Positions 12,121 to 25,394 of a stretch of 64,000 bases of DNA are shown piece by piece (position 1 is the stretch's first letter; the number at the start of each line of letters is the position of its first letter). The position numbers and the translations under genes were made by a program. Below the pieces are notes generated by a model. The model saw only the letters and a program-made list of their open reading frames with translations, did not search any database and was not told where the DNA came from. Source of the DNA: the human T2T-CHM13v2.0 reference genome, Homo sapiens; the NCBI RefSeq assembly GCF_009914755.1, contig NC_060925.1; one strand, given 5' to 3'.

Positions 12121-14804
12121 ATAAACATACCCTTTTCTTTGTTTTGATTTTTTTTTAGGAGCCTGTGTTTGTAGGGCTCCCAGCAATGTGGAAAGACATT
12201 GTCATCTTATTCATTGCTTAGTAAAAGAAAACTGGTAACTGGGTAAGGTAAAAGATATATCAACAAATTATATGTAATAATTTAGGATTTTTTTTTTCAC
12301 CTAACAACAAGTAATCTGTCACCTTTAAATTACAAAAATATACTTTATACAATATTTCCATGAGAATCTTAGCCTATATATAGGAAAAATCATAATTATA
12401 CTCTTGCCAGTTAAATTAAGAATCTATATAGCATAAAGATGCTTTTGAAAATGACCTTTTATTTTTTTCACATCACGTTAGTCATGCTTGGCTCTAGATA
12501 CAATTCACTTGATCCATTCTTTAAAATTAATTGCAAGGAACCATAGTAAGGTAATTAACATTAAACTCAAAGGCCACATATCCTCAGCCAAATTATATCT
12601 ATAATTAGCTAACTTATACAGATAAATTAAAGAAAAATGAGAAATGCTTAATTATTTAGACACTGAACTTGTTTTCCACCCCTTTTTGCCCTTTAGAGAC
12701 TTACCTAATAGTACACTAGTTTCATGTTTTGAATTTGCAACAGAATATCAATTGCAGAAGATTAAGTATCTCAAAAACGAACACTTTTTTGTATTTTAAT
12801 TTTAAGATTAAAAAAAAAAAACTCACACATATCAGAACCTCAACTAGATGTTTGTTGAACTTAATACTCCAAATATTCAGAATGAAGCCGTCTCTTGTGA
12901 CAGAAAGCATTGTTCAAGCAATTAGAAGAGAATAAAGCCATAAGGTGAGACGATAGGATCTAAACCTGCTAGACTTAATTAGCTCTGGGGAATAATTTTA
13001 AAATAATAGGTACATTAGCTAGAGAAAATTACAGCAAAATATCTCCTGCATAAAAATAGAGCATGTGGCAAAAATAAAATTCTAAAGGAAATGTCTTTTC
13101 CACCCTAGTGAAAAGTAAATCATCAGAGCTTTTTCACCTTAAACCAGAAATCCTTCAGCATGCAGGGACGCCCCTTAGGAAGTTCTCTGTTGCTGAGCAA
13201 ATGACTGCTGCATTTGACTCTGTGCATTTTTACATCTATAGCTGTATCTTAGCATTTTCCATCTGTCTTTGTCTTCTATCTCTCTTTCCTTTGACTTTTT
13301 AGAACTATTTTCTGAGCCTTCAGTGTTAGACTGTAGATTCTTTGGAACTGATTATTATTCTACTTCCCTATCTCAAGTCTATAAGCTACAGTGCATAGTT
13401 TCAAAAAACTAACATTTGAAATAAATTTTATTTTAAAATATTGCACCAAACACATTCAATTTATATCTACAAATACTATGGTACTCTGGTTAGCAATAGA
13501 TATGTATTTAATTGTTTTGATGACAGACTTATTTTGTAAAATCAGTCTTCTAATCTTTGCCATCTCAGGATAGTGTCCACCAAAAGCACATGGTATCTCA
13601 TTACAAATTTGCTGTTGACTTAATCCAGTATCTGACTTTCCATTTATCTTATCTATACAATTAAAATACCACATTTTTTATACATAAAATTTTTCTTCCA
13701 AATATTCATATATCCACATATATATGGATATTGGGGAGAAATAAATATATCTATTTCTTTCTCTGCATTAGTAGTCTGTGATTCTAATATAACCTTTGAG
13801 AAGTTATGATTTATAATTTTAGAAGAAGGCAGAAACTGCTAATTATCCTGGGGGATCAAAGGGATGATATTTCATGTGCAAGCGCATTCAATTTATGGAG
13901 ACTATAGTACTCGAATAATAATATTAACACTTATAGCACGTCTCATCTTCAAAGCTTTTTCCAAATATTAAGTAATTAGCAAGTTAACACATTCAATAGG
14001 TGACGTAGACCACATGTTTTTCCTTAAAAAATAATTCATTTATAATAAAGTTTTTATGTATTTTTTCAATACTGATGCCAAATACTATATATTTTTATCT
14101 CTACTACTATTATGAATATCTTTTGAGGCTTCACTAATGTATAAGAATATTTAACAAAGTTTGAAAGTTTACATTAAAGACTAAGTTTACATCATCTTTG
14201 TCCTTAATGCCATAGGCCTGTCCTTTTGAACAAGGCATTTACAGTTAGTTTTAATAACCTGAACCTAATTTCAATAAAATTACTCCCTTATATTGAACAA
14301 AGAATCTTCTTTTAATTTAGTATCTATCTGCACTGTGATTTACAATGCTGCTTAACTTGATCTAGAATTTACTGTCATTTAAATGTGTTCTTTCCTTTGA
14401 CCTTTTGGAGATAAAGTGTAATTGTTTTAACTTCATTAACAAGATAATGGGAAATGAAATATGCCTGAACACGCAGGTACATAGATTATTCCTTGATTTT
14501 AACATTTAGAAGCATCTGAAAGTATTTGTTGACAAAATTTTATTTGGAAAACGAGTGCTATCCTATTCACAAATACATTAAATGCTTATGTCAAAAATAT
14601 AACAATTTGGAAAAATGAAGAGCAATTCAGATGTATTTGGAAAAATATAAAACACAGTTTGGTCAAAATCCTTTTGCAAAATAACAGTCATACTATACTG
14701 TATGTAATCTATAATATATTATATATATTATATATATATATAATCTGTACAACTCATTTATTTAGCTCTTTCAAGATAAAAAGCACAAGGAAACAAACAA
14801 AAAT

Positions 14805-14935
14805 TAGGCACCTGGAAATCTGGCTTCTAGATACTAGTTCTTAAAATAATTACCTGTGTTACCTTAAGTAAACTACTCAATCTCTCTGGTTTCCACTTTA
14901 TTATTCCTAAAATTCTGGTATTAATTCTATAATTT
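14805..14935 (+). mobile_element. MIR/MIR3 fragment
   Basis: ctgtgttaccttaagtaaactactcaatctctctggtttccac matches the MIR core. Confidence 0.65.
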
Positions 14936-15879
14936 AATATTTTGAATGTGTATATTTCTCTTCTCAATTTCTTATTATTCTTGCCAAATTGGTAAATCAG
15001 TTAGCTCTCTGAGAGATCTAAGTACTACATATGATGTGGAATTTGAATCACTCACAGTTCCAGAAAGTGTAATTACGTATAAGAAATTCAATAATACTTG
15101 ATGTTCTTGTTTTAGCTAATAACTTACTACTCTTAAGAAGTTAACCAAAATTTTCTTTTTATCTTGGTGTGTCTCACCCAGTTCAGGAGAGAGGCTTTGT
15201 GAATAGAGAGACCTTAATTTTGTACATCACAAATGAGGAATGAAAAATTTATTTTTCATTATTTATTGCATTTTTTTCTGGCAATACAAGGAGGGTTACT
15301 TTGCTAATGATCGCATAGAGAATCAAAGAGAGATTCCTGGCTGGATTTGGTTAGGATTATAAGAGAATAGCTTTTTCTTCTAAACTTCTCAGAGTTAGTG
15401 CTGTTAGTGTATTTCCAGATTCTGTAATGAGAATTGAAATTAGAATAATCTATCTAGTAAGTAAAGTTCTTGCTGAAATTATAGTGATTTACTTTAGAAG
15501 CTCATCAAAGGGATATGAATATCAACAGATTCGCACTAAGTTACTATTTTAAGAAACAAATGTCTCCTTATGCCCATTTATAATATTATTTTCACTAATC
15601 TGTCCTCTAATTACATTTAAAATGTAGTACAGTAGCCAGTAATTCATTTTTATTGAATTAGTTCCTTTTCATTACACACAACAGTGTTCTAAGTAATAAC
15701 TAATAGAACATGAAAGTTTTGTTTTGAAGTCTATTCATATCATAGTTTCTCTGCTTGCCCACTGAAGCATCCGATTAATCACTGATATCTACTAACTCTG
15801 CCTCTGAACTGTTTGTGTAATTCCACATAGTTATATTACACATGGATCCTTCCATCCCCATTACTTGTTGGTCATGAGG

Positions 15880-16115
15880 TACAGTCTTTCCCAAACTTTC
15901 CTGCACTGATGCAAAGCCATTTCTCTGTCCTTTGTGTCCCCAAAGTACTTGATGAATTTCAGCTGTTTTCTCTGTTTTAGAAGCTCTTTCTTTCCCACAA
16001 CTGCTGAGAGTTCTTGAAAGCGGTGGCAGTGCCTCATTAGTTCTCCAAGTGCCTGGCATTATTGATGGTTCACAATGTTATTATTGATTGAATGGAAGAA
16101 TAAATAGATGGATAA
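15880..16115 (+). mobile_element. L2 3' end
   Basis: ctgagagttcttgaaagc...agtgcctggca...attgattgaatggaagaataaatagatgg. Confidence 0.65.
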
Positions 16116-16563
16116 AATAATTAATTACACAAATTACTTACAACAGTCCAAACTTGAGGAAGGAAACTCCTTGTTAAATTTTTTGGTTACAAAATTTGGA
16201 TTGTGCATTATTGGAGTGCATTTAAATCCAAACTTAATTTTTTTTTGCAATTATTTAGTTTTCTATACCTTAGATTGGCATGTATAATAGTCTGTACAAG
16301 TCCATGTAGCTGGATTCTCATACATTTAAATGCTCCTATCGTCATAGTTGCAGTTTTTTTAGGTCATGGTGACAACTATGGAATAGCCCTATGATTCAAT
16401 TAATTTATAGTTTGCCAGAAAATAAAAGAAAAGAGACTTTCTATTCTCAACTTCCTACCCACCAGGTATGGCTGACAGCTGGCAGGACATAAGGAGCATG
16501 AGACATCTTTCTCAGTTCTACACAACTCTAGACGAGGGGCCCCTCCAGCCCCTCAACACACAC

Positions 16564-16935
16564 TGTATTAGTCTGCTTGGACTGTCATAATAAAATACCA
16601 TGAATTGAATGGTTTACATATATAACTTTATTTTCTCACAGTTCTGGAGACTGGAAATTCAAGATAAATGTGCCAGCATGGTTGGTGTCTGGTAAGGCCT
16701 CTCCTTGGATTGCAGATGGATGCCTTCTTCCTGTGTTCTCACATGGCAGAGACAGAAAGCTCTGGTGTCTGTTTTCTCTTCTTATAATGGCACCAGCCTA
16801 TGGGATTAGGACCTCATCTTTATGACCTCATTTAACTTTAATTACTTCCTAAAAGCCCTATCCGCAAACATAGTCACATTGGGGTTTGGCGCTTCAAGAT
16901 ATGAGCTTTGAGGGATCACAGTTAGGTCCCTGGCA
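16564..16935 (-). mobile_element. MLT1A-type solo LTR
   Basis: tgtattagtctgcttggactgtcataataaaatacc...ttctcacagttctggagactggaa...gtccctggca. TSD cacac/caccc. Confidence 0.9.
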
Positions 16936-19900
16936 CACCCTCTGATTTTTTCCTACATTTTTTTCCTGATTATTTACTGACTTAGTTGGGAAACATCTGA
17001 AGAACACTGACCTAACAGGACCCATATTCAAGTTCTGCAAATTACAGTGCCTTTGAGGCTCAGGGTCTGGGCTTTCCCTTCACATGAAACTTCACCATGA
17101 CCAATATGAGATGGAACTTTGCATATGATATAACTCAGTCAAGTAAGTTGGAAAGAAATGAAATAAATATTCTAAATGTATCTAATAAGTTTTTTTTTTG
17201 TATTTGAAATCTCAAAGGTAGAGAAAATTGGCAGAGTATCAAAAGAAAGACTGACTTAATAATCTCTAATATTAGAACTGAAAGCATGTTCCCATTAGTT
17301 ATTATGATATCTGGCATGTTATCCAGTTAGCAGCAAGTCAAAGGGTTCTATGAGGTTGTTGATATTCTGTTAGAGGTTTCTAAGAATTTAAGTGTTCTCT
17401 AAATAAACATAGCAGTACATTTTGAAAATAGTGAAGAGGAAGAAGGAAAATTTAAGCCACAGTTTTGGCTGTGTCTAGTTTGTTTCATGTGTACTTTTCA
17501 AATAACAATTACCAGGGTAATGCCATTATACCAATATTATCTTGATGAGCTAGGCATCTGCTACAGCTGTCTTTAAAGTTTTGTGTTATTAGGTAGGCAA
17601 ATGTTTCATTTATGCAAGGTAAGCTTTACACTGTACTGCCATTGCCTATTTATCGCTGTGAAAAAAATCAATATGCATTTTAAATTACACATATAATTGT
17701 TTTGTGTTTTGGTGCCTAATTCCTCCCCTTGAAATATATGAAAAGAATTAAAATGTTCAAATTGTTTCCTTTAATTCCTTTCATGCACTTTTGTGAGCGG
17801 AATTAACCTCCACACTGTAAAATGATTGTATGTGTAATATTAAAAATGGAACATCTCATTTCCTCTTTATTTCTATTGTGGGGATTGTAAACATCAGAGG
17901 TATCTAATGAAGACTTTACTTTTACAACATCACAAAATGGAAAATGCGCATTGGAAATACAACTAGAACCTTGTCTTTCAGATTGGTCCCCAGATCCACT
18001 GCAACACATTGATTTCTTTTTGTTTCCATTTTTCTTGTTGCTTTTCTCTTACTTTCAACTTCTACTGAATTTAATGTGACAAGGTGTCAACAAAGCAGCT
18101 GCATAGAGTACAGCATCTAGTTAAAACTTGAGCCTTATATATTAGTGTCCTTGATTTTCTAGTTTTAAGCCCCAGGATTAAGGATTATGTGCATCCAACG
18201 CCACAAAGTTCTGTGTGTAATCCAAGTCCACAATCAATGGTCTGATCACCCCTCATGCTGCAGACCCTCCTTCTTTTTAAAAAATATCTTCTGTAGATAC
18301 ATAGACCATTTATTCTTTCTGGGGGGTGTGGGGAGTGCAAAGTTTCTTTGCCTTGACGTGTCAAGTTGTGACTTGCCAGATCTAGACACCCTTTCAAGTG
18401 AAATCCTATTTACTCATTCTGCCTTATGATTAATAATTGTTTGAAGTTTAAAACTGTTTGTTTTTTGCACTGTTGATTTTAACTAGCTATCCAATATACA
18501 ATTATAAACACATGGATAACCCTGACAACAATTTTTGAAATAGTAAAGAGATTTTAATAGTTTAATGATCATATTTACAAGTAACAAAATAAAACAGTAA
18601 TTTCCTCTATTTTGGTTGGTGTTGCTCTTATATTAGGCATAATTCTCAGCTTTAGTCTCCTGCATATTAATATTATCCATGAATCTTCATTCAATAAACA
18701 TGATTTAATAATTATAAAATCAATTACTTTTAATAAATGTATACATTATGCATGTTAAATCTTAAATCATATTTTCACTAGTAACTATTACAAACATAAA
18801 ACAGGCAGCAAAAGTAACATTTGGAAAACAAAGGAAACATCCCTGCTTGATTTGTAATCCTTGTTTCACACACAGACCAAATGCCCCTCCATGACAGTGC
18901 CTGAAGCCTTTCAGTTTAACATGATTTAGATGGAAACTCAGGTTTTAAAGAATCCATCTTGCAGTCCTCTGACAAAGTAATTGGCTGGAAAAATTATAAT
19001 AAAATTTTCATAAAGTTCATATTCATGAAGTGGCAAAATTGCTTTTAGGAAATTACGATATTAATAATTTACACCCATGTCAATAGCATTTCCAAAATAA
19101 CTCAAGCTTTCTACCTCCAAGATTATGAACCTATCTTGATTTTTTTCCCTCACACACAGACAGTTAAATATGCTGAGATACACTGAGATCTAGATACAGA
19201 TTATTCATTTAAGAAGATAGCTCCTTGTTTAATTAGAGATTTATCATCTTAACTAGCCGTACTATTGCTCTGAATTAGTTTTTCAAGGTTTTCAGAATTA
19301 AAGATGGTAAAAATTGATGAACCTTAGCTGTATTTCCCCCCGAAGGGTACAAACTTTTATTACATTTCAGATGCAAAACACAATTAGCCTCTAACCTAAC
19401 CATGTTAATCTCCTTGAGTTAAGCTTATGTGTTTCTGCTTGTCTAGAAATTTTTAATGAAAGATCTATGTCTTTTAAGGCCAATTTTAATAACGTCTTTA
19501 TTTGCATCTCTGCCCTTGTTTAGAGGAAGAGTTAATACGATAAGCTCTGGATTACAGAATGCTCTTTTAAAATTGGGGATGAATAAAATTCTGTGACATT
19601 CAATTTGAGTAGTACTCAGCAGGAGACAGACACCAACAATAAACATTACTCAAGTTCCAAAAGTTTCCATGTAATTAACTAAGATGGATACATTAGTGTC
19701 ATCCATTATGTTCCATTCTGTAAACTCCAGACTTCTGGTCATTAAGCAGGGCTATTTTGACAAGACTGGATTTAAAAAATTGATTTACTTTCTGGATAGG
19801 TAGTTTTTTTAGAGGTAGATTTTTTTTTCCCTCAGCAACAGAGCAGGTGCAAGTTACCATAACGTTTTCCATAACATATTCTGAAATATTCGAACTACTC

Positions 19901-20404
19901 CAAAACTGTATTTTTTGCTGAGCACAAGTTTTAGTTGTGTGAATATATCCTGTCTCAAAATGGGAAATAAAGGGAGACTTGTGGATTTCCTCACTCAGGG
20001 CTAGAATCTATGACATAACTACTTCCTCATCCTCAGTGAAATGTTTAATACCTAGAGACAGAATTCTAGTTTTATGTCTTAGAAAAGATTAACATAAAAA
20101 AGAAAAAGATAATAACCTCTGTTTTCAAACTGAACTATAGATGTAAAAACTGTCTTCTCTGGTCCAAATTAGCAAAAACAAAGGAGCACAGTGACCTAAT
20201 TAACATCTGACTGTATTGATGGTCTAACACAATATCATCTGTTTCATTACCAGCAGTGTGCAATTATCTCACCCAATATATAGGGAATGCATCCTAAAAT
20301 TACATTTAAAAATAGATTTATTTTAGATATTTAATGGGATTTTTTTCCAGAAATGCCAATTTCCAAACACAGAATCATTACATTTTCTGATACATAGTAT
20401 CATT

Positions 20405-20540
20405 TTCATCCACTTAACAGTGAGATGCCCATAGACAAACGTTGTGTCTAATTCAACACCCAGCACTTAGCATAATATCTAACACATGCAGATAATCCAT
20501 ATAGATTAATTGAATGAAGACCACGTAAATGATTGAATAA
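20405..20540 (+). mobile_element. L2 3' end fragment
   Basis: cccagcacttagcataatatctaacacatgcagata...aattgaatgaa. Confidence 0.6.
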
Positions 20541-20829
20541 GCAGACTTTTATCCACCAAACAACATGTAGCTGGAACAAGAAGGAAGGGGGAATAGCTTT
20601 TAAAAACATAATTTTCAAAAGATATTCTCACAGAAATTTCAGCCCCCTCCAAGTAATGTATCTAAAAATATTTCTATTGTTGATGTAGATTTTCTTGCCT
20701 CATCATGATTCTTTATGACCTACAGTCAATAAAATTGTATTCTATGAAGCAAAAGTCACTCCATTATGCCACTGGATTGTGAACGATGCCCACCCTTTTG
20801 TGTTCCTTTCTCAGATTATTTTATGATTT

Positions 20830-21480
20830 TTATAATGGGCTCCCTGCCTGCAGTCTCCACCTCACCAATAATCCAACCCCAGACTTCTTCCCACATTGCT
20901 ACCAGAGATCATTTTCCATCATATGGATTTATCCTTGTCTTTCCCTAATGACAGTTTCCAAATAGCCAGCACTTTATTGCATCAGGAATAAAGTCCATGT
21001 TACTTAGCATGTCATTCAAGATCCTTTCCAAATTGGCATGGGCTTTATGTTCCTGAATCTAAACAAGATCCACTGTCTGTGTGTATGGCTATACCTAAGA
21101 AGTATGAAATTTCCTTCCTCCTCACCTCTGTTTATTTTGTCTCCTCCCCTTTGGAGGTTTTTCCCAGTTTCTAAGCACCTTTCTTCAATTGGTAAGCTTC
21201 CTTCCAATATCACCCATTCTTTGAAGCCTTCCAGAATCCTCCAGGCAGAATTAATCACTCCTCATTCTAAGATGCCATAATATTTACTATGTACTTTTAT
21301 AAGGGTGCCTACCACACACAATATTAGCAATATTCCTTAGGTGCTATATCTTGTACTACATGCATTTATATCTATCTCTCTTCGAAGAGGAAAAAGACTT
21401 CTTGTTCATCTTTAAATGCCCATCACCTAGAATAGTGTGAAGAAGCACGATGAGTTCAATAAACATAACTAGAGCATGAA
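20830..21480 (+). mobile_element. L2 (L2c-like) 3' region
   Basis: ctccctgcctgcagtctc...ccacattgctaccagagatc...aggaataaagtcca...gaagccttcc...ccaggcagaattaatcactcc...tcaataaa. Confidence 0.75.
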
Positions 21481-22250
21481 ATAAAGTGGTTAAAAAGAAC
21501 TTTGAGGACATACATATACTGCTTGGTGACCAAAATGATGAATTCCCAAAATACATGTGTATCTTCCTATAGTCTGAGGGCTCTGTGCATGGTTTAGTAG
21601 CCTCTTGCTTGCATATAGCTTTCTAATCTAAGGAAAGTACAGACTAGCTGGTACTCCAGCATCTGGGGCAGGAGCTAACTTGTTGACTGAGCTGATTGTG
21701 GTGATCTGTGCCTGTGAAATATGAAGTGGGTGTTTCCCAAGATAGCTTGTCTTGCAAAGGAAACCAGGGACTGCCCACATGGCATTATTAACCAATTAAG
21801 AAATGGATAGCCACTTTCAGAAGGAGTTTTTCAGCTTCAGTCTTCTCTGTTCAGAAGGTAACATGTTAGTACATAAATTGAGTGAATCTTCATAAATCAA
21901 TGGCACTAAAACTAGTGGGAGGAAAGGAAAAGAAGGAAGTTCTTTCTATATGTTGCATTTTTAAAGAAGCGTTGATTTTATAAGTCTCGAATAGATTATG
22001 ATATAGTATTTATTTTGAAAAAAAATCTGTTCAGTCCCAGTTTATTTCTGAAACTGTAGCAGTAAAAATCATTTTATAAGATCAATTTATATATTTTGAA
22101 ATTAAATATTTTTCCTGGATAATCTATCATTGCACTGAGCTTGTAAACACTGTTTTACACATGTGTTTTCTAATCCTCTAAATTTCCTTGCAAGGTAAGA
22201 TGAGGACTTGGGTTCAGATAATATAATTGACTTGCCTTAGGTCACACCTA

Positions 22251-22325
22251 TTAGGTTGGTGAAAAATGGTGGGTTTTGCCATTGGAAGTAATGGCAAAAA
22301 CCACAATTACTTGTGTACCAACTTA
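22251..22325. mobile_element. MADE1 (Hsmar1-derived MITE), copy 1
   Basis: ttaggttggtg...ttttgccattggaagtaatggcaaaaaccacaattacttgtgtaccaactta; palindromic, flanked by TA...TA. Confidence 0.92.
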
Positions 22326-22369
22326 TAGTTATGTACGGCGTAATGGAAATAAAAGTGAAGTCACACCTA

Positions 22370-22443
22370 TTAGGTCGGTGCACAAGTAATTGCGTTTTTG
22401 CCATTGTAACGGCAAAAACAGCAATTACTTTTGCACTCACCTA
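22370..22443. mobile_element. MADE1, copy 2
   Basis: ttaggtcggtgcacaagtaattgcgtttttgccattgtaacggcaaaaacagcaattacttttgcactcaccta; flanked by TA...TA. Confidence 0.92.
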
Positions 22444-23679
22444 TAGTTATGCACAGTGTACTGGAAATAACAGTGACTTTAGAATGAGTCACTTATTCTA
22501 GCTCTGCCAGAATGTGAACCTGAATCTCACTTGTTCTAAAGTCACTTTTATTTCCAGTACACTGTGCATCTAGGGTGTGTTTTCTATGATTTGTGACCAG
22601 GTGGACTTAAATATGAAGATTAAAATTTTTAGCAGGTCACAAAACTATCTCACATGCCATCCTAAAAGTAGAATCCAGAGAGTCATACACTATACACATT
22701 TTTAATCATGACTATTAAGCCCTCAATGCTGTAACAAGCTACAAAGCCAAGATTGTAGTGCTTGATCACAGTGGCTATGTGCTTCCTCTAAGACTTAATA
22801 CTCAGAGAACCCCCCTGTAAGATGTAGTCGGCCAAGTGTTAGCTTTAAAGTAGTTTTTGACAGCTTCCATCCCGTAAAATAATGCTCAGTGATGGGATGG
22901 CTTACAGTTTCAATTTCAGTTTAAGAAACAATTGAAGGGATGCATTTTATAAATTATTCTATATTAGAACAAAAAGAAATTTGTAAAAGTTATTAAAAAA
23001 AGGAAAAAAAAAACTTTCTTCTTGCATTTGTTTTACTCAGAATCATACTGGCCAGAAGAATGGGGCTTTTAAGTCGGATGCAGAGAAGTGATGGGTAATT
23101 AGGTCTGTGTCATTTATTTTGTAGAAAAAAGGAGCCTTTATCACAAATCATATTGCCTTTCCAGTCTCCCAGAAGGAACATTTTTACTTCGTCTTTTTCT
23201 CTTCAGTTATTAAAAATAAGCCCTCCAAATACTGAAACCAGACACAGTTACCTAAAGAAAAGAAAGCCTCTAATCCTCTCCCCAGGCATGTAGAGGAGCT
23301 GAGGATCCTTTACCTCTGCAGCTTTGTTAGTGCACCAATAACTGAAACAAGATAAATTCTGACTGAACAAGCAATATGTTGATAGTGTCTGTGCAAAAGC
23401 TTCTGTGGTTCAGCCGCTGGGATCAAATCAGAACACAGTGGCCCTGAGCACCAACGGCTTTCACTATGCTGGCCCTATTCTTTCAACAGTGTGTCCAAAT
23501 ACAGTCCTTGTTGTCAGTTTATGAAGCATTTAGTTTAAATTTCTTCCCAGAATGGACTTTTTATGTTTCAAAAGGATATGCTCTACAGAAAAGCAAAATG
23601 TACACTGCAACCATTAATCATCTAGAATGAGAATCATTATTATTATTTTACTTATTGCTACCAACCTTGATACCTGACA

Positions 23680-23870
23680 TTTAAATTGTTCTTTCAGCAT
23701 GGCAAAGTGTTTTTATATTTTTCATCTCATATGATTCCTACAGCAAACCTTGAGATAGAGGAAGTACTTTCATTTTTTGGTTTATTTTATTAAATGAGGA
23801 AACTTAAGAAACACAGTGTATGTGACTTGGCCTAGGGTCATGACATTTAGTTGCAGTGTCTCAATTATAA
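23680..23870 (-). mobile_element. MIR
   Basis: atctcatatgattcctacagcaaaccttgagatag...aaatgaggaaact...gtgacttggcctagggtca. Confidence 0.7.
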
Positions 23871-24629
23871 ATTACTGTTAACTCCAGTTCTGTTTTATTA
23901 TTATTATTTTCACATCTAACTGTAATTCAAATATCAAACATTCCTGAGTAAAACAAATTTCAAGTATTCCAAGAAAACAACTCTTATTTTGATATGTAAG
24001 GGTGTGGATATATATAAAGGTATACTTTTTCATACACATACATAGTAAAAGTAAAAATACAAATAAGTGTAATCATACAAGGCCATAAACAACTTTTCAT
24101 TTTTTTACTGGACATCTTTATTCATATGTATATTTTGCACACTGTATTATTACTTTCTAAGGATAAATTACAAGATGTTTAACTTCAAGTCTATCTACCT
24201 GCTTTTGAATCTCCCAATTTCTTCTTAAAATTTATGTATTCTTAGAAATCCTTCCTCTACTGCCCTCATAATTTACTGTCAGGTCCTAAATGGGGTAACT
24301 TTGATTTGTTTTGTCACAATATGGTAGCTACTGATCCATTTCTCCCTCACAGATTTAGATGTGAAACTGACATTGCTAACTGTCTGCCCAAATTTGAAAT
24401 AGACAAACAAACAAACAAATAAAATCAATCTGCCAAGGCTTCTCTGGGAACAGAGCACCTTCTCCACATGTCTACTAAGAGCTGTGTGGAAAAGTAGGAG
24501 AAAGGACTTGAACTCCAGCAATGGTAATTGGGACAAGTTTGCCCCACTGTTCTGTTAAGGTTGACTGACTTCAAACAAAATAAAATTAAGTATGAAGTGT
24601 ACCTTTAGAAAAAAGTTAAATTGAAGGTT

Positions 24630-24910
24630 GGTCATCATCATATTAACATTTATGTACCTAAAAATAGCAAGGGTAAGAATTCTTATTTTGCATTAATCAA
24701 TGCTCTAAGAGCTTCATTTGCATTACTGCATATAATGCTCACAGCACCACTATGAGACCCTGCTTTTAATTCTAATTTTGCCCATAAGCAAAATTAGGCT
24801 ACCAGAGGTTATTAAATGATGTGTTATTGGGCATTAAGCCAGGAAGAGATATAGCCAAATACACAAACCAAGAAAGCCTGAGAAAAGAGTCCATACATTT
24901 AACCAACTTG
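24630..24910 (-). mobile_element. MIR (diverged)
   Basis: tgctctaagagcttc...taatgctcacagcaccactatgag...aaattaggctaccagaggtta...agagtccatacatttaacca. Confidence 0.6.
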
Positions 24911-25004
24911 CAATTAAAAACACTAATTTTAAGAATTCCCCTTCCCTTTAGAAAGCAATCCAAGTACAACTATCAATACTCAGAATATATAGAAATATAG
25001 ACTC

Positions 25005-25235
25005 AATAATAAAAGTAGTTAATAACTTACAAGGCATTTACTAGTTGCCAGGGGTTTTTCCAATATGTCATGAATTGCATTTAAAGATATTTATACCAAT
25101 TATACACATAAGAAGACTGAGGCATCGGAAGGTTGAGTTAGTTTCCCATGATCTCTCAGCCGATAAGTGGTGGAGCTGGGATACAAATCCAGGCAGCGTG
25201 GCCTAGATCCATGGATTTAACAAAGCTACACTACT
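25005..25235 (-). mobile_element. MIR
   Basis: ataagaagactgaggcatcggaaggttgag...taagtggtggagctgggatacaaatccaggcag. Confidence 0.8.
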
Positions 25236-25394
25236 CATTAACATTCACTTCAACTTACACATTTTCTGAGAACATCATAATTGTGTAAAATAAAGTCTAA
25301 ATATACAGAATTAGTCTCCTACTTCTAGAGGCCTGAAATTAAGACCACATTTTAACTTTTATAGTAACAAGAGAAATAATAAATAATGATTAAC

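Larger units (their letters stand above)
22195..22569 (-). mobile_element. MIR hosting two MADE1 copies and a templated inversion
   Basis: gacttgccttaggtcacac (MIR core) continues after the insertions as gaatgtgaacctgaatct...ctaaagtcacttttatttccagtacactg. Confidence 0.65.

Noticed and set aside
12827-12893. Possible minus-strand exon (aAG|AGAC...TGT|GTGAGT)
   Set aside because: Weak acceptor and poor exonic donor context; no partner exons identified.
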